Shown one piece after another: positions 51,638 to 62,668 of a DNA stretch of 64,000 nucleotides (the stretch's first letter is position 1; each line of letters starts with the position of its first letter). The DNA is taken from assembly GCA_963665115.1 (NCBI GenBank), contig OY762007.1, positions 5,088,001-5,152,000 on the forward strand. Reading direction: 5' to 3'. The notes below the pieces were generated by a model, which saw only the letters and a program-made list of their open reading frames with translations, was not told the origin of the DNA and ran no database searches. Origin of the DNA: an uncultured Rivularia sp. (GTDB lineage Bacteria; Cyanobacteriota; Cyanobacteriia; Cyanobacteriales; Nostocaceae). A program made the position numbers and the translations under genes.

Positions 51638-52315
51638 ATGAAAGCAGAATTAATTGAATTAATAACCAGAGTTATCCAAGTTTTACAAATAAATATACGT
51701 TGGATGACATGGAATCTATTTCTAGCTTTTATACCTTTAGCTTTAAGTGTGTGGCTGTTTCGTCGTGACAAACGGAGTCGTTCTTGGGTTTGGTGGTTGG
51801 GATTTGCAGTTTTCTACGCTTTTCTACCAAATGCACCTTATTTGCTAACTGATGTAATCCATTTAATAGACGATATCCGTACAATCCAGTCGGTGTGGAT
51901 GATTACCTTGGTGATAATTCCCGTTTATCTGGTGGTGATTTTAGCTGGATTTGAAGCTTACGTTATTTCCTTAATCAATATCGGTCATTACCTGCACCGA
52001 ATTGGTAAAAGCCAATGGATTTTAGGAATGGAATTGATTACTCACGCTTTATCTGCGGTTGGTGTTTACTGGGGAAGGTTCTTACGTTTTAACAGTTGGG
52101 ATTTTGTCACTCAACCGGATGCCGTAATTACCCAAGGTATAGAAGAAATTTTGGGCAAGCAGCCATTAGTAATTTTAGCTATTAGCTTTGTTATCCTTAC
52201 AGCACTCCACTGGCTTATGAAACGAGTAACTTTGAGCTTTACTAACCAACCACACAAAGCAATGGTAAATAACTCATCAAAAGCTTATCTAAAACCCCAA
52301 ACATTGGATGAATAA
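51638..52315 (+). CDS. DUF1361 membrane protein
   Basis: WNLFLAFIP, FLPNAPYLLTD and GRFLRFNSWD motifs. Confidence 0.85.
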   Translation: MKAELIELITRVIQVLQINIRWMTWNLFLAFIPLALSVWLFRRDKRSRSWVWWLGFAVFYAFLPNAPYLLTDVIHLIDDIRTIQSVWMITLVIIPVYLVVILAGFEAYVISLINIGHYLHRIGKSQWILGMELITHALSAVGVYWGRFLRFNSWDFVTQPDAVITQGIEEILGKQPLVILAISFVILTALHWLMKRVTLSFTNQPHKAMVNNSSKAYLKPQTLDE

Positions 52316-52319
52316 GCTT

Positions 52320-52497
52320 TTTTCACACCTCCCGTAGAAAGATTGGCTCCTCAAGGAAGAGTGAAAACCACTATTGCACGGTACCGTTAAGGAAGCGCAA
52401 AATGCTCAAACAGGCATCAATGGAGCTTGTTTGATAAAGGTTCCCAAAAAGTATATCTGCATCAAGAAGAAGAAACCGGCGACGAAGATTTCTCCTC
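52320..52497 (-). ncRNA. ssrS: Putative 6S RNA (SsrS/SsaA)
   Basis: About 180 nt that folds by eye into a long irregular hairpin: AUCUUCGU/ACGGGAGGU closing stem, GGGAA/UUCCU, apical UCAAACA/UGUUUGA, central bubble. Strand inferred mainly from G-U pairs; no covariance search run. Confidence 0.6.
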
Positions 52498-52500
52498 TTA

Positions 52501-52663
52501 GAGGATGTTTGTAAAGTCCAAATTGATACTTCACCTGGCGACTAGAAGTCGCGGCTAAACATACAAAACCCCCCTGCGGGGGTTAAAAACTACTTAGTCC
52601 ACGTAGGTGGACTTTGCACGTGTAGTAGCGGTTTTAACCGCCGGATACTTTTAAAACATCATC
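52501..52663. mobile_element. MITE with imperfect terminal inverted repeats and TTA target duplication
   Basis: tta|GAGGATGTTTGTAAAGT...ACTTTTAAAACATCATC|tta; internal palindromes. Confidence 0.7.
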
Positions 52664-52703
52664 TTACCGCCTAAGCGCAGTTCCGACAGTAAAATGGGAG
52701 GTA

Positions 52704-52878
52704 AGCTGTTACGCACTTAATTTGTATAATACCCTTCGTGCAAGATGCATTGTCCTCGCGGACACGCTGCGTTAGCGGAGCGAGACGATAGTCTTAGGCA
52801 GCACTGCAATACTTTTAATTTTATGTCCTTCGGACACGCTGCGCTAACACATTATATAATTTAGCTGCATATTAGCTT
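52704..52878. mobile_element. Second MITE-like element with nested small repeats
   Basis: AGCTGTTACGCACTTAATTTGTATAAT / ATTATATAATTTAGCTGCATATTAGCT imperfect inverted ends. Confidence 0.5.
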
Positions 52879-52887
52879 AATTCAAAC

Positions 52888-54438
52888 TTAGTCTTTTAAA
52901 CAAACAAAGTTTTTCTCAATCTCAACCTGACAATTTAATACTTCTGCTAGAACTTCACAACTGCGACGGGCAGCCCAAATTTCTACTTCAAGATTATCTT
53001 CACCAGAAACAGTTATTTCTAACTTTTCCTGTAATACCTGACAAGAAATCCGTTCGACTCGTTGATTTTTGGTTTTGTTTAATGCTACTGCAATTCTCAG
53101 AATTCCTGAAAGCAATTTAACGATAGAGCGATGGTATTTGGAGAGCTTTTTAAAGTTTTTGTGTTTAGTAGTTGGTTTTGCTTTGTAATGGTAGCGAATT
53201 AAATGCCCGATTAATAGCATCTCTTCATCCGTAAATCCTCTAGGATCGGTTTGTCTGAGAATAAAGCGCGAGTTTTTGTGATACTGCTTAAAAGAGATAA
53301 ACTGTCCAATATCATGAAGTAAAGCCGCAAATTCCAAAATTTCTCGTTCAAAATCGCCGTATTTGTGCAGTTCTTGAGTTTGGTCAAATAGTTGCAGTGC
53401 TAAATTGGCAATATGTCGATTTTCTTCCCAATCCGATCCATATTTATAAACAAGATGCGCTGCTTTACGGTATCGCAAATTTATTGGTTCGGGGAAAGTA
53501 GCAACCTCTTGAGAATGCCGTTCTAAATAATCTAAAATCATTCCTTCTCGTAGGGAAGCATCACAAAGAGTAATTTCTTTAACTCCTGCCATCTGTAATA
53601 GCTGCACCAGTAGCACTCCCCCCAAATGAATTGCATCGGCGCGTTTATCGCTAACTTCCTCAACTTCGGCACGCTCTTCTAGATCCATTTTCAGAAGTTT
53701 CTGAGTCAACTTATTAATGTCTTCTAGCTGTACCACTTCGGAATTAACCGATCGCAATGATTCCCCACCAGCAGCTATATGGGCAGCCTCTCCCATAGTA
53801 CGAATCGTTCCTGATGTGCCAATTACTCGCTCAAAGCCAACTTTATTTATCTTCTCAAAAATTTTTTGACCGATAAAGCGAATGTGAGCTTCTAAAACAC
53901 CTCGCCCTTCGGCACTTACAGAACCTTTATCTTCAAACATATCCAGCAAACGTAGAACCCCAAGCGGCATACTATCGCTTTCGTAAATTTTAGAGCGATC
54001 GCCTACAACTGCTTCCGTACTACCTCCACCAATATCGATAACTAAAACTCGATCTTCTTCGAGCGCTATCGAATTACGAACGGCAAGAAAAATTAATCGT
54101 GCTTCTTCTTTTCCAGAAATAATTCTCGGACTAATACCAGTCTGAGCAAGCACTTCGTTTAAAAAATCTTCTCCGTTGCGTGCCTCACGAATAGCACTGG
54201 TTGCAGCAGTAATTATTTCATCTACACCAAGGCGATTGGCTAATTGAACGTAGCGACTAATAGTTTCGATACCTAATTTAAAGGCGCGATCGCTAATGTA
54301 GTTAGAAGCAAATACCCCCACTCCCAGCTTTACCATTTCCTTCTCGCGCTCAAGAATATCAAAGTTAGCAACGCTAGTAGCTTCGACGATAATCATGTGA
54401 ATGGAATTGGTACCTATATCGATCGCTGCTAACTTCAT
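52888..54438 (-). CDS. ppx: Ppx/GppA exopolyphosphatase with HD domain
   Basis: IDIGTNS, ATSAIREA, DIGGGSTE, LREG and LLHDIG motifs. Confidence 0.93.
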   Translation of the reverse strand: MKLAAIDIGTNSIHMIIVEATSVANFDILEREKEMVKLGVGVFASNYISDRAFKLGIETISRYVQLANRLGVDEIITAATSAIREARNGEDFLNEVLAQTGISPRIISGKEEARLIFLAVRNSIALEEDRVLVIDIGGGSTEAVVGDRSKIYESDSMPLGVLRLLDMFEDKGSVSAEGRGVLEAHIRFIGQKIFEKINKVGFERVIGTSGTIRTMGEAAHIAAGGESLRSVNSEVVQLEDINKLTQKLLKMDLEERAEVEEVSDKRADAIHLGGVLLVQLLQMAGVKEITLCDASLREGMILDYLERHSQEVATFPEPINLRYRKAAHLVYKYGSDWEENRHIANLALQLFDQTQELHKYGDFEREILEFAALLHDIGQFISFKQYHKNSRFILRQTDPRGFTDEEMLLIGHLIRYHYKAKPTTKHKNFKKLSKYHRSIVKLLSGILRIAVALNKTKNQRVERISCQVLQEKLEITVSGEDNLEVEIWAARRSCEVLAEVLNCQVEIEKNFVCLKD

Positions 54439-54589
54439 ATATATAATTTTTAAAAATTGTGTTAGTTAAATTGTCAATGTTAACAACACAATCATAGGGC
54501 TTAGGCAAAACTAACGCAATTGCGTCCAAAACTGAGCTATGAGCCGCTCTACCTTGATATAAGTTCTATTACTGGTAACTGATAACTGC

Positions 54590-57067
54590 TCACCGCAATT
54601 GATGACGCGCTGCTTGTAAAAGTAAACCTTGCTCGGCACGGTAAATTGCTTGATAAGTCCGCTCTAACGCTTCTGGCTCAACGGATATAGAAGTGATTCC
54701 CCATTCCACAAGCTTTTCGATCATTTCTGGATACAATGCTGGTGCTTGTCCGCAGATAGAACAAGGAATACTCGCTTCTTTTGCCATGTTGATTAGTCGA
54801 GATACAGCACCCATTACTACCGGATGACGTTCATCAAAGCTTTTTGCTAATATTGCTTGATCCCTATCTACTCCCAGTAATAATTGTGTTAGGTCATTAG
54901 TACCAATTGAAATTCCCTGCACTCCTGCTTTGACATATTCTGGCAGCAAAAATAATACGCTTGGCACTTCTGCCATAATCCAAAGTTCAAATTCTTTGAT
55001 GTCGGTTAATCCTGCTTGTTCCACTTTTCGGCGACAAAAAGAAAATTCTTCTACAGTGCGAACAAAAGGTAATATTAAACGGATATTATGATAGCCCGAT
55101 TGCTGTACGCTTTTAAGTGCTGTTAATTCCATATCAAACAGTTCGGAATTAATCGTGTAGCTAAAAGTCCCGCGCTGACCTAATGCTGTTTCTGGTTCGG
55201 CTGCTTCCACTCCATGATGGTGAAGGCCTGGTAGTTCGTGGGTTCGCCAATCTAAGGAACGATAATAAACTGGTTTTGGAGAAAAAGTACGCACGAATTC
55301 TAGTATTCTTTTTGTCCATAAATCCAGTAATTGTTCGTGTCGTCCGTCTCTAATCCAGGTATAAGGGTTTTCTCGATTAAGTATGCTTAATACCATCAGT
55401 TCCGAACGTAATAGCCCTACACCATCCACTGGAGAACAAAGCGCTTTGTCTATCATCGTGGGTTGGCTTAAGTTAACCATCAATCGCGTGGAAGTCATGG
55501 GTAGATTTGTGGATGGGTGAGAAATTAAAGGCGAAGATGAAGGAACCCATGTGGCAGGATTAATTGATGCTGCACCTTGAGAGGAAACACTGAGAATGGA
55601 AGATTCGGAGAAAGAGTGTTTTTCTTCCTTGTCATCTACAATTGCACGATCAATATGCGGTTCAATATGCTCTTTACCGTCATTAAGACGATTTACTTCT
55701 CCACTATCACCGTCGATCAGTAGGCGATCGCCATTTTTTATAAGTGTTGTAACGTTCTTAATTCCCACAACTGCTGGAATACCTAATTCTCTAGCAATAA
55801 TTGCAGCATGGCTGGTTAAACCTCCTTTTTCTGTAACAATACCGCTTACTTGTTGCAGCACAGGCAACCAATCAGGAGTAATTTGAGATGCTACTAAAAT
55901 TGTGTTGGAGGGAAGTTGTTCGATGATGCGGTGTTCACTTCCAATTACAACGGCATTTGCCGATACTTGTCCCTTAGCTACTCCTATTCCTTTAACTGAA
56001 AAATTGTTGGATAAATTATTGGATAAAGTATTAGATAAAATATCTACTGGTTTACTAACTTTTGTCAGGTATAGCTTCTGTGAATTTGCTTCTTCTACTA
56101 AAATCCAATTCACTAAGTAGTCTTTACCAAGCTGAAAAACAAGTTGATTTGCTAATTCGGTTATTTGCTGCAAATCATGCTCTGACAATACGTACTGTTG
56201 CTGTTGTACTTCCTCCAAAAGACTTACTTGCAAACAAGTTTTCTCTGTTTTCTCCAAAGTAAGTACCGATGTTTGCCCTTGTTGCAAAGATTCGTCAATC
56301 GCACCATTTTCACAACGATAAGCCAGGATTTTATTACCCAAGTGCTGTTCTGATATTACGCCAGTTTTTGGTTCTACATAATAAACATCCGGTTGGACTT
56401 CACCCCAGTTAATTGCTACCCCCAATCCCCAGGTTGCTTGAATTTCCCATCTTGAAGGATTAGCCTGTAACGAACCACTTGCAATTACATTGTTAATCGG
56501 TTGGACTAAAACTGCTAAATTAATCGAACGTAAGTCAACTCCAGTCTTTTGCCAATAAAGTAAACTTTTAGCACTAAATAATTGACTCCAAACACGCTTT
56601 AAAGCTAATATTATTTCTTGCTCTTCACGAAGGCAAAATACAGAATCATATAACCCAGAACAATTTTCCGTCTTATTCTTTGCGTTGGGTAGTGCGACAC
56701 TTGGACGAAAAACCAAATACGAACTTTCCCATGTTTTGAGTGCTTCGTAAATTTGTGCGTGCAACCCCGACGGCAAACTCGAACTCATAATTTCTTGACG
56801 CAAACGTAAAGCTACTTGCTGTAGTTGTCGCCAATTATCAACATCTAAATGCAAGGAAGAATCAGCTAATTCAGCTACTAATGTTTGAGAAGCAGTCTTG
56901 TTTTCTAACTTATTTTCCAAATATTCATGCAAAATTTCTGCTGAAACTACAAATCCAGGTATTACTGGATATCCATGTTCAATTATCTGACTCAAGTTAA
57001 CGGCTTTATCTCCTACTTGAGTTTGATGTGATGGTTTTATTTCATTCAGCCAGTACAGTTTATTCAC
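54590..57067 (-). CDS. PEP synthase-like (PEP-utilizing) protein
   Basis: GGLTSHAAIIARELG phospho-His domain; DGVGLLRSE, SIGTNDLTQ and ICGQ motifs; divergent N-terminal domain. Confidence 0.85.
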   Translation of the reverse strand: MNKLYWLNEIKPSHQTQVGDKAVNLSQIIEHGYPVIPGFVVSAEILHEYLENKLENKTASQTLVAELADSSLHLDVDNWRQLQQVALRLRQEIMSSSLPSGLHAQIYEALKTWESSYLVFRPSVALPNAKNKTENCSGLYDSVFCLREEQEIILALKRVWSQLFSAKSLLYWQKTGVDLRSINLAVLVQPINNVIASGSLQANPSRWEIQATWGLGVAINWGEVQPDVYYVEPKTGVISEQHLGNKILAYRCENGAIDESLQQGQTSVLTLEKTEKTCLQVSLLEEVQQQQYVLSEHDLQQITELANQLVFQLGKDYLVNWILVEEANSQKLYLTKVSKPVDILSNTLSNNLSNNFSVKGIGVAKGQVSANAVVIGSEHRIIEQLPSNTILVASQITPDWLPVLQQVSGIVTEKGGLTSHAAIIARELGIPAVVGIKNVTTLIKNGDRLLIDGDSGEVNRLNDGKEHIEPHIDRAIVDDKEEKHSFSESSILSVSSQGAASINPATWVPSSSPLISHPSTNLPMTSTRLMVNLSQPTMIDKALCSPVDGVGLLRSELMVLSILNRENPYTWIRDGRHEQLLDLWTKRILEFVRTFSPKPVYYRSLDWRTHELPGLHHHGVEAAEPETALGQRGTFSYTINSELFDMELTALKSVQQSGYHNIRLILPFVRTVEEFSFCRRKVEQAGLTDIKEFELWIMAEVPSVLFLLPEYVKAGVQGISIGTNDLTQLLLGVDRDQAILAKSFDERHPVVMGAVSRLINMAKEASIPCSICGQAPALYPEMIEKLVEWGITSISVEPEALERTYQAIYRAEQGLLLQAARHQLR

Positions 57068-57972
57068 TCAAATAATTCTAATTACGAAAACGTGCTATCT
57101 TTACGATCTGAAAAATCTGAACTTTATTGCTAATTGTGAGTTTTTGACCGAAAATGTTTTTTCAGCAATCGTAAAATATCTCATATAAAAATTAATTCAA
57201 TCTCTATAAGTTTTGTAAACTAGATCCAGAAGAAGAATGTATTTAAATCCAAACCAAATTAGATACGAAATTACTTATTAATTCCTCTATCCGTAGGAGT
57301 ATAGTTTTAACTACTGCTTTATATTTATTAATAATTGTACAGAGAATACTGCAATTTAATCTGTTAGTATTCCTAATACTGAGGATAAATATTTGACTCA
57401 GAAGTATAAAACAGATATGCCGCGAACTTTTGAGGATGTTTTGCTAATCTGAATCTGAGTTATTTTACATTGGTTTTAAAATTATATCACGCTGAATCGA
57501 GAGTCATCAACTTTATTCTCATATCAAGAAGGAAGTTATTAATTAATTAATTAGCTTTCTTATTTATTGTATGTTAATTAGACTATAGTCATATTTTTAA
57601 GTAGGGCTTACTGAAAAAATATTCAATCCTACATATGGTTTATTTTTTCAAAATATCGGACACAAGTACCGGATTGCTGAATACAAAAATTATTATTAAA
57701 GTACTTACAGTATTAATTATAAACTTTTGCAAATAAACTTTTCAGATGAAATCTCGTTTTTATATTTTTAGTGAAAATTATCAAAAATATTCATTTTGTA
57801 TTTATTATGCGGCATTAAATCGTCGTATAGGGAACAGACAATAGGGAGTAGAGGAGAAAGACGATATTAGTAAATAAGATTATTTTTTGGAACGCGATCG
57901 TATTTTATAGTAGGTATAAAATGCATTTTTTACCAAAACAATATACTGCTCCAAAAATCGAATTATGAAAAA

Positions 57973-59107
57973 TTAAAAAACAGCAGCTTTAGCCGAAAGT
58001 TTTCCTCCACTAACCGTAAGAATTTGCGAGGAATTTAACCATTGAGAATCGAAAGAACCTAAATGAGTAGTAGTAATTAGAGTTTGAAACCTATCTTGGA
58101 TAGCATCAAGTAATTGATTTTGACGTGAGGGGGTCTAATTCAGCCAAAACATCATCTAATAAAAGTAGTGGTGGTTCCCCAACAACTTCTTCAATTAGCT
58201 GTAATTCTGCTAACTTCAGCGCTAAAACTAGAGTTCGCTGCTGACCTTGAGAGCCGTACTGACGCGCAGGAGTATCGTTTATTGTTAATTCAATTTCATC
58301 TCGATGCGGCCCGACAAGGGTAGTACCTTGATGCATTTCAGCAACCGCTCGCTGTTGAATTTTATCCAAAAAAGCGTGCTGTACCTCTTCTGGATGAGTT
58401 TCTGACAAAGGGATATTAGGGGCGTACTGTATCTGGAGATTTTCAGTAGAACCGCTAATATTGGAATGCCATAATTTAGCAATTGGAGCGAGTCGCCCTA
58501 TAGCGCGTTCCCGTCGTCGAATTACTCTGGTACCAGTAATTACTAACTGAGTATCCCACAGCGCTAATTGGGATTTTAAAGAATTTTCATGTAAATTATC
58601 TTTCTGGCTTTTCAAAAAAGCATTGCGCTGTCGTAACACTTTTTGATATTGCTGTAAAATATGAGCGTATACAGGTTCAAGCTGAATCAATAAGGTATCG
58701 AGCCATCTGCGACGATTTTCGGGACCACCTCGTACTAAATCTAAATCTAAAGAAGAGAACTCCACCGCATTTAATACACCGAGAAAATCCATCTGACGGC
58801 GAAGATTTTCGCTATTAAGATTAACCGTGCGGCGACCGTTACTACGTAAAGTTAAAATAAGTTGGCTCGATCCAACTTCTCGTTTTAGGCTAGCACTAAC
58901 TCGGGCTAAAGATTCCTCATCCTTAACCAAATCCTTATCGCGGGAAGTGCGGTGACTTTTTAAAGTTGCGAGTAACTCCACAGCTTCGAGTAAATTAGAT
59001 TTTCCCTGAGCATTATCACCAACCAAAATTGTTTTTGGAGCAGAAAACTCTACTATTTGTTCTTGATAATTACGAAAATTTCGGAGACTCAGGGTTTTGA
59101 GGAACAT
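57973..59107 (-). CDS. recF: DNA replication/repair protein RecF, frameshift at G5 run 58129-58133
   Basis: [15 protein letters not shown] and LLDDV motifs; shifted frame continues [22 protein letters not shown] to TAA at 57973. Confidence 0.95.
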
Positions 59108-59432
59108 GAGGAAAGAGTTAGTGGTTAGTGGTTAGTTGTTAGTTGTTAGTTGTTAGGAATTATAAGTTTTTGTACAATTTAGATTTTGGATTGTGAAATA
59201 GTTAACAGATAAGTTTTAAGGCTTTCATGACGATCGATATTTTTGCAGTTAGTAATTGTCAGATAGCTGTGAGGATTTTTAATCTTCAATCTTTAAGCTT
59301 ATTCACAACTAACTTTATAGGCTTGCGCTTCGCTAACGCACTACCAATATATTTCAATAATTGGGATGCTCCGCTACAACAAACCCTCGAACAACTAACA
59401 ACTAACAACTATCAACTAACAACTAACTATTC

Positions 59433-62297
59433 TTAAACGTTTTTCTTGCCAATTATGCGGAAGAACAGTTTTTCCAACTCCACCCAAACAAACATTAAAG
59501 CACTAAAGCCTAAACAGATTCCTAATTCGGGCAAACTTATAACGTGCGTACCAAAGAAGTTTTGTAGGGGTGGAACGTATATTAACATTAACTGCAAAAT
59601 GGTAGTTAAAACAACAGCCGCTAGTAAGTAGGGATTGGAAAAGGGATTTATTTCTATAGTTAATTGGTTGTTGGAACGAATTGCGATCGCGTGTCCCATT
59701 TGAGCAATACATAAGGTAGTAAACACCATTGTTTTCCAACGTTCGGGATCGAGTCCGTTTGCATCGGGAACTGCCCCATGAGTATGAGAATAAGCCCACC
59801 GCATCAGAATAATAGTAATAATTGCGAAGACAATTCCGATGCGAATCATGTAAGAACCTAAACCCCGAGCAAAAATACTTTCTTTGGGGCTAAAAGGTGG
59901 ACGCTTCATGACATCGGGTTCGGGAGGTTCGACTGCTAATGCTAAAGCTGGTAAACCGTCAGTTACCAAATTCATCCACAAAATTTGTAGCGGTATTAAG
60001 GGGACTCCTCCCATCGGTAACAAAATCGGGGAAGCAGCAATGGTAATAACTTCACCGATGTTACTTCCAAGAATATATTTGATGAAGCGGCGAATATTTG
60101 TATATACCACCCTACCTTCTTTAGTCGCAGCAACAATGGTGGCGAAGTTGTCATCTAATAGCACCATATCGCTGGCTTCTTTGCTCACGTCAGTACCCGT
60201 AATGCCCATAGCAATACCGATATCGGCTTGTTTGAGGGCTGGTGCATCGTTAACACCGTCACCAGTCATGGCTACAAATTTATCCCGACGCTGTAAAGCT
60301 TGAACGATCCGTAATTTGTGTTCGGGGGAAACTCTAGCGTAGATGCTGACATTATCAACGTTTTGCTCTAACTCAGCATCGCTCATTCGCTGCAATTCTT
60401 GACCTGTCAATACTTTATCGTTGGAATCAGCAATACCCAAATCGGTGGCGATCGCCTTTGCCGTAAGTTGATGATCTCCAGTAATCATCACCGGACGAAT
60501 TCCTGCTTCTCGACATTCATGTACTGCTTTTCTTACTTCCGAACGTGGAGCGTCGAGCATTCCTACCAATCCCAACCACACCAGTTGTTGTTCGCTTTGT
60601 TCTTCAGAATTTTCTGATGGTTGTTCGCTGATTGCTTTGTAAGCGAAACCCAATACTCGTAAACCTTCACCAGCCATACGGTTATTTGCTGCTAAAACTT
60701 GTTCTCGTTGTTCTTGAGTAAGTTCAACTGCACTATTCCCCGCGTACATCTGAGTACAGCGTTGCAGAATTAATTCTGGCGAACCTTTGGTAAACATCAA
60801 ATAACTTTCATTATTCTTTACCAGATTGCTAATTGCCGGGTCAACATCTGGAATAATTGAAATACCATTATCTATTTGTTCCACCTGACAAATTACGCTC
60901 ATCCGCTTGCGTTCGGAAGAAAAAGGAAATTCGCCAACCCGAGGTAATTTGCTGTTCCACTGGTCTTGTTCTATTCCTGCTTTCCCTGCTAAAGTTACCA
61001 AAGCTCCTTCCGTAGGGTCGCCAAGAATTATCCAATCACCTTTTTCTTGCTGCAAAACCGCATCATTACAAATAGCGCAGGGAATTAATAAAGGTGGGAT
61101 TTCTGGATAATCTTCTACATCAATACTTTCACCATCAACTTCAAAATCCCCAAAAGGAACGTAACCTTCTCCCGTAACCCGCAATAAATGCTCAGAAGTA
61201 TAAACCGATTGCACCACCATTTTATTCTGAGTCAAAGTGCCAGTTTTATCAGAGCAAATAGTAGTTACCGAACCCAAAGTTTCCACCGCCGGTAACTTAC
61301 GAATCAAAGCATTGTGACGTACCATTCGCTGAGTTCCTAAAGCCAAAGTTACCGTGATTACAGCCGGTAAACCTTCCGGAACCACCGCCACAGCCATACT
61401 CAGAGAAACTTCCACCAACTCTTGTAAATTCCCACCACGCAGCAAACCGATAACAATTACCAGAGCTACTAAAGCTAAAGAACCCCAAACCAACACATTA
61501 CCAAGTTGAGTCATGCGTTGCTGTAGCGGTGTATCTTCTGTCTCTACAGCCTGCAACATTTCCGCAATTTTACCCAATTCGGTTTTCATCCCGGTGTGAG
61601 TTACCAAAACTTTGGCACGTCCTTGAAGAACTTCCGTACCTTGGAAAACTAAATTAATTCTGTCACCCAAACTTGTTTCTTCAGGTAACTTAGTTTCTAC
61701 CCGTTTATTAACAGCTTCGGCTTCTCCCGTCAGCGCCGATTCCCGTATTTTTAAATTCGATTGTTCTATTAAACGTCCGTCTGCTGACACCTGTACCCCG
61801 GCTTCCAGCAGCATTATGTCTCCCGGTACTAAATTCTTACCTTCAACATCGAGTAACTTACCGTTGCGAATCACCCGCACGTTAGGAGAAGAAAGCTTTT
61901 TGAGTGCCGCCAAAGCTTTTTCAGCGCGGCTTTCTTGGAGATAGCCCAAAATACCGTTAAGAATAACGATCGCCAAAATTGCGATTGTGTCTTTGAAAGG
62001 AACTTCACCCGGCTTTAAATTCCCCGATTGTAAAGCGAGTAAATCCAAAACCCCTGAAATAATGGCGACAGCAATCAGCATCAATAACATAATGTTCTTG
62101 AACTGATCCACCAGAATTTCCCAGCTACCACGTCCGCCAGACTCTTCTAGTTCGTTAGTACCATATTTTTGCAGTCGCGATTCCACTTCTTGAGACGTTA
62201 AGCCACTGTCTGCATTACCAGAAAGCAGTTCTATCGCTTCATCAACTTCTAAGCTATGCCAAACGGCTTCATGTTCGGGCAGAGAATGGGCAGACAT
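59433..62297 (-). CDS. P-type IIA cation (Ca2+-type, PacL-like) ATPase
   Basis: PEGLP, DKTGTLT, KGSPE, TGDGVND and WMNLVTDG motifs. Confidence 0.93.
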   Translation of the reverse strand: MSAHSLPEHEAVWHSLEVDEAIELLSGNADSGLTSQEVESRLQKYGTNELEESGGRGSWEILVDQFKNIMLLMLIAVAIISGVLDLLALQSGNLKPGEVPFKDTIAILAIVILNGILGYLQESRAEKALAALKKLSSPNVRVIRNGKLLDVEGKNLVPGDIMLLEAGVQVSADGRLIEQSNLKIRESALTGEAEAVNKRVETKLPEETSLGDRINLVFQGTEVLQGRAKVLVTHTGMKTELGKIAEMLQAVETEDTPLQQRMTQLGNVLVWGSLALVALVIVIGLLRGGNLQELVEVSLSMAVAVVPEGLPAVITVTLALGTQRMVRHNALIRKLPAVETLGSVTTICSDKTGTLTQNKMVVQSVYTSEHLLRVTGEGYVPFGDFEVDGESIDVEDYPEIPPLLIPCAICNDAVLQQEKGDWIILGDPTEGALVTLAGKAGIEQDQWNSKLPRVGEFPFSSERKRMSVICQVEQIDNGISIIPDVDPAISNLVKNNESYLMFTKGSPELILQRCTQMYAGNSAVELTQEQREQVLAANNRMAGEGLRVLGFAYKAISEQPSENSEEQSEQQLVWLGLVGMLDAPRSEVRKAVHECREAGIRPVMITGDHQLTAKAIATDLGIADSNDKVLTGQELQRMSDAELEQNVDNVSIYARVSPEHKLRIVQALQRRDKFVAMTGDGVNDAPALKQADIGIAMGITGTDVSKEASDMVLLDDNFATIVAATKEGRVVYTNIRRFIKYILGSNIGEVITIAASPILLPMGGVPLIPLQILWMNLVTDGLPALALAVEPPEPDVMKRPPFSPKESIFARGLGSYMIRIGIVFAIITIILMRWAYSHTHGAVPDANGLDPERWKTMVFTTLCIAQMGHAIAIRSNNQLTIEINPFSNPYLLAAVVLTTILQLMLIYVPPLQNFFGTHVISLPELGICLGFSALMFVWVELEKLFFRIIGKKNV

Positions 62298-62668
62298 CTT
62301 GTACGTTAAAGGAAATGGTTACAAGAAACAATCATAGCTAAACCATTCGTGGGAGAAACATTCAATTTATCAGTTATCAGTGAGCAGTTACCAGTTATCG
62401 GTTAGATGGTAGATTGGGTTAGACACGAATATTAATTTGATTTGTAACGAGATACATTCCGGAGTGTCGTAACCCAATATTATGAATAATACTCCGCCAG
62501 ATTAATCTTGAAGCGTTACTATAAACCTTGATTACCCCCACTCCCTACTCCCTATATTCGATAACTATCCCTCAGACTGAAGACTTAGGATTAACTTTTG
62601 TGTCAGATGTTAAGTAGATGACAAATTAAAATCCAAAATCATCTGTTGTTAAAATCCAAAATTGAATT

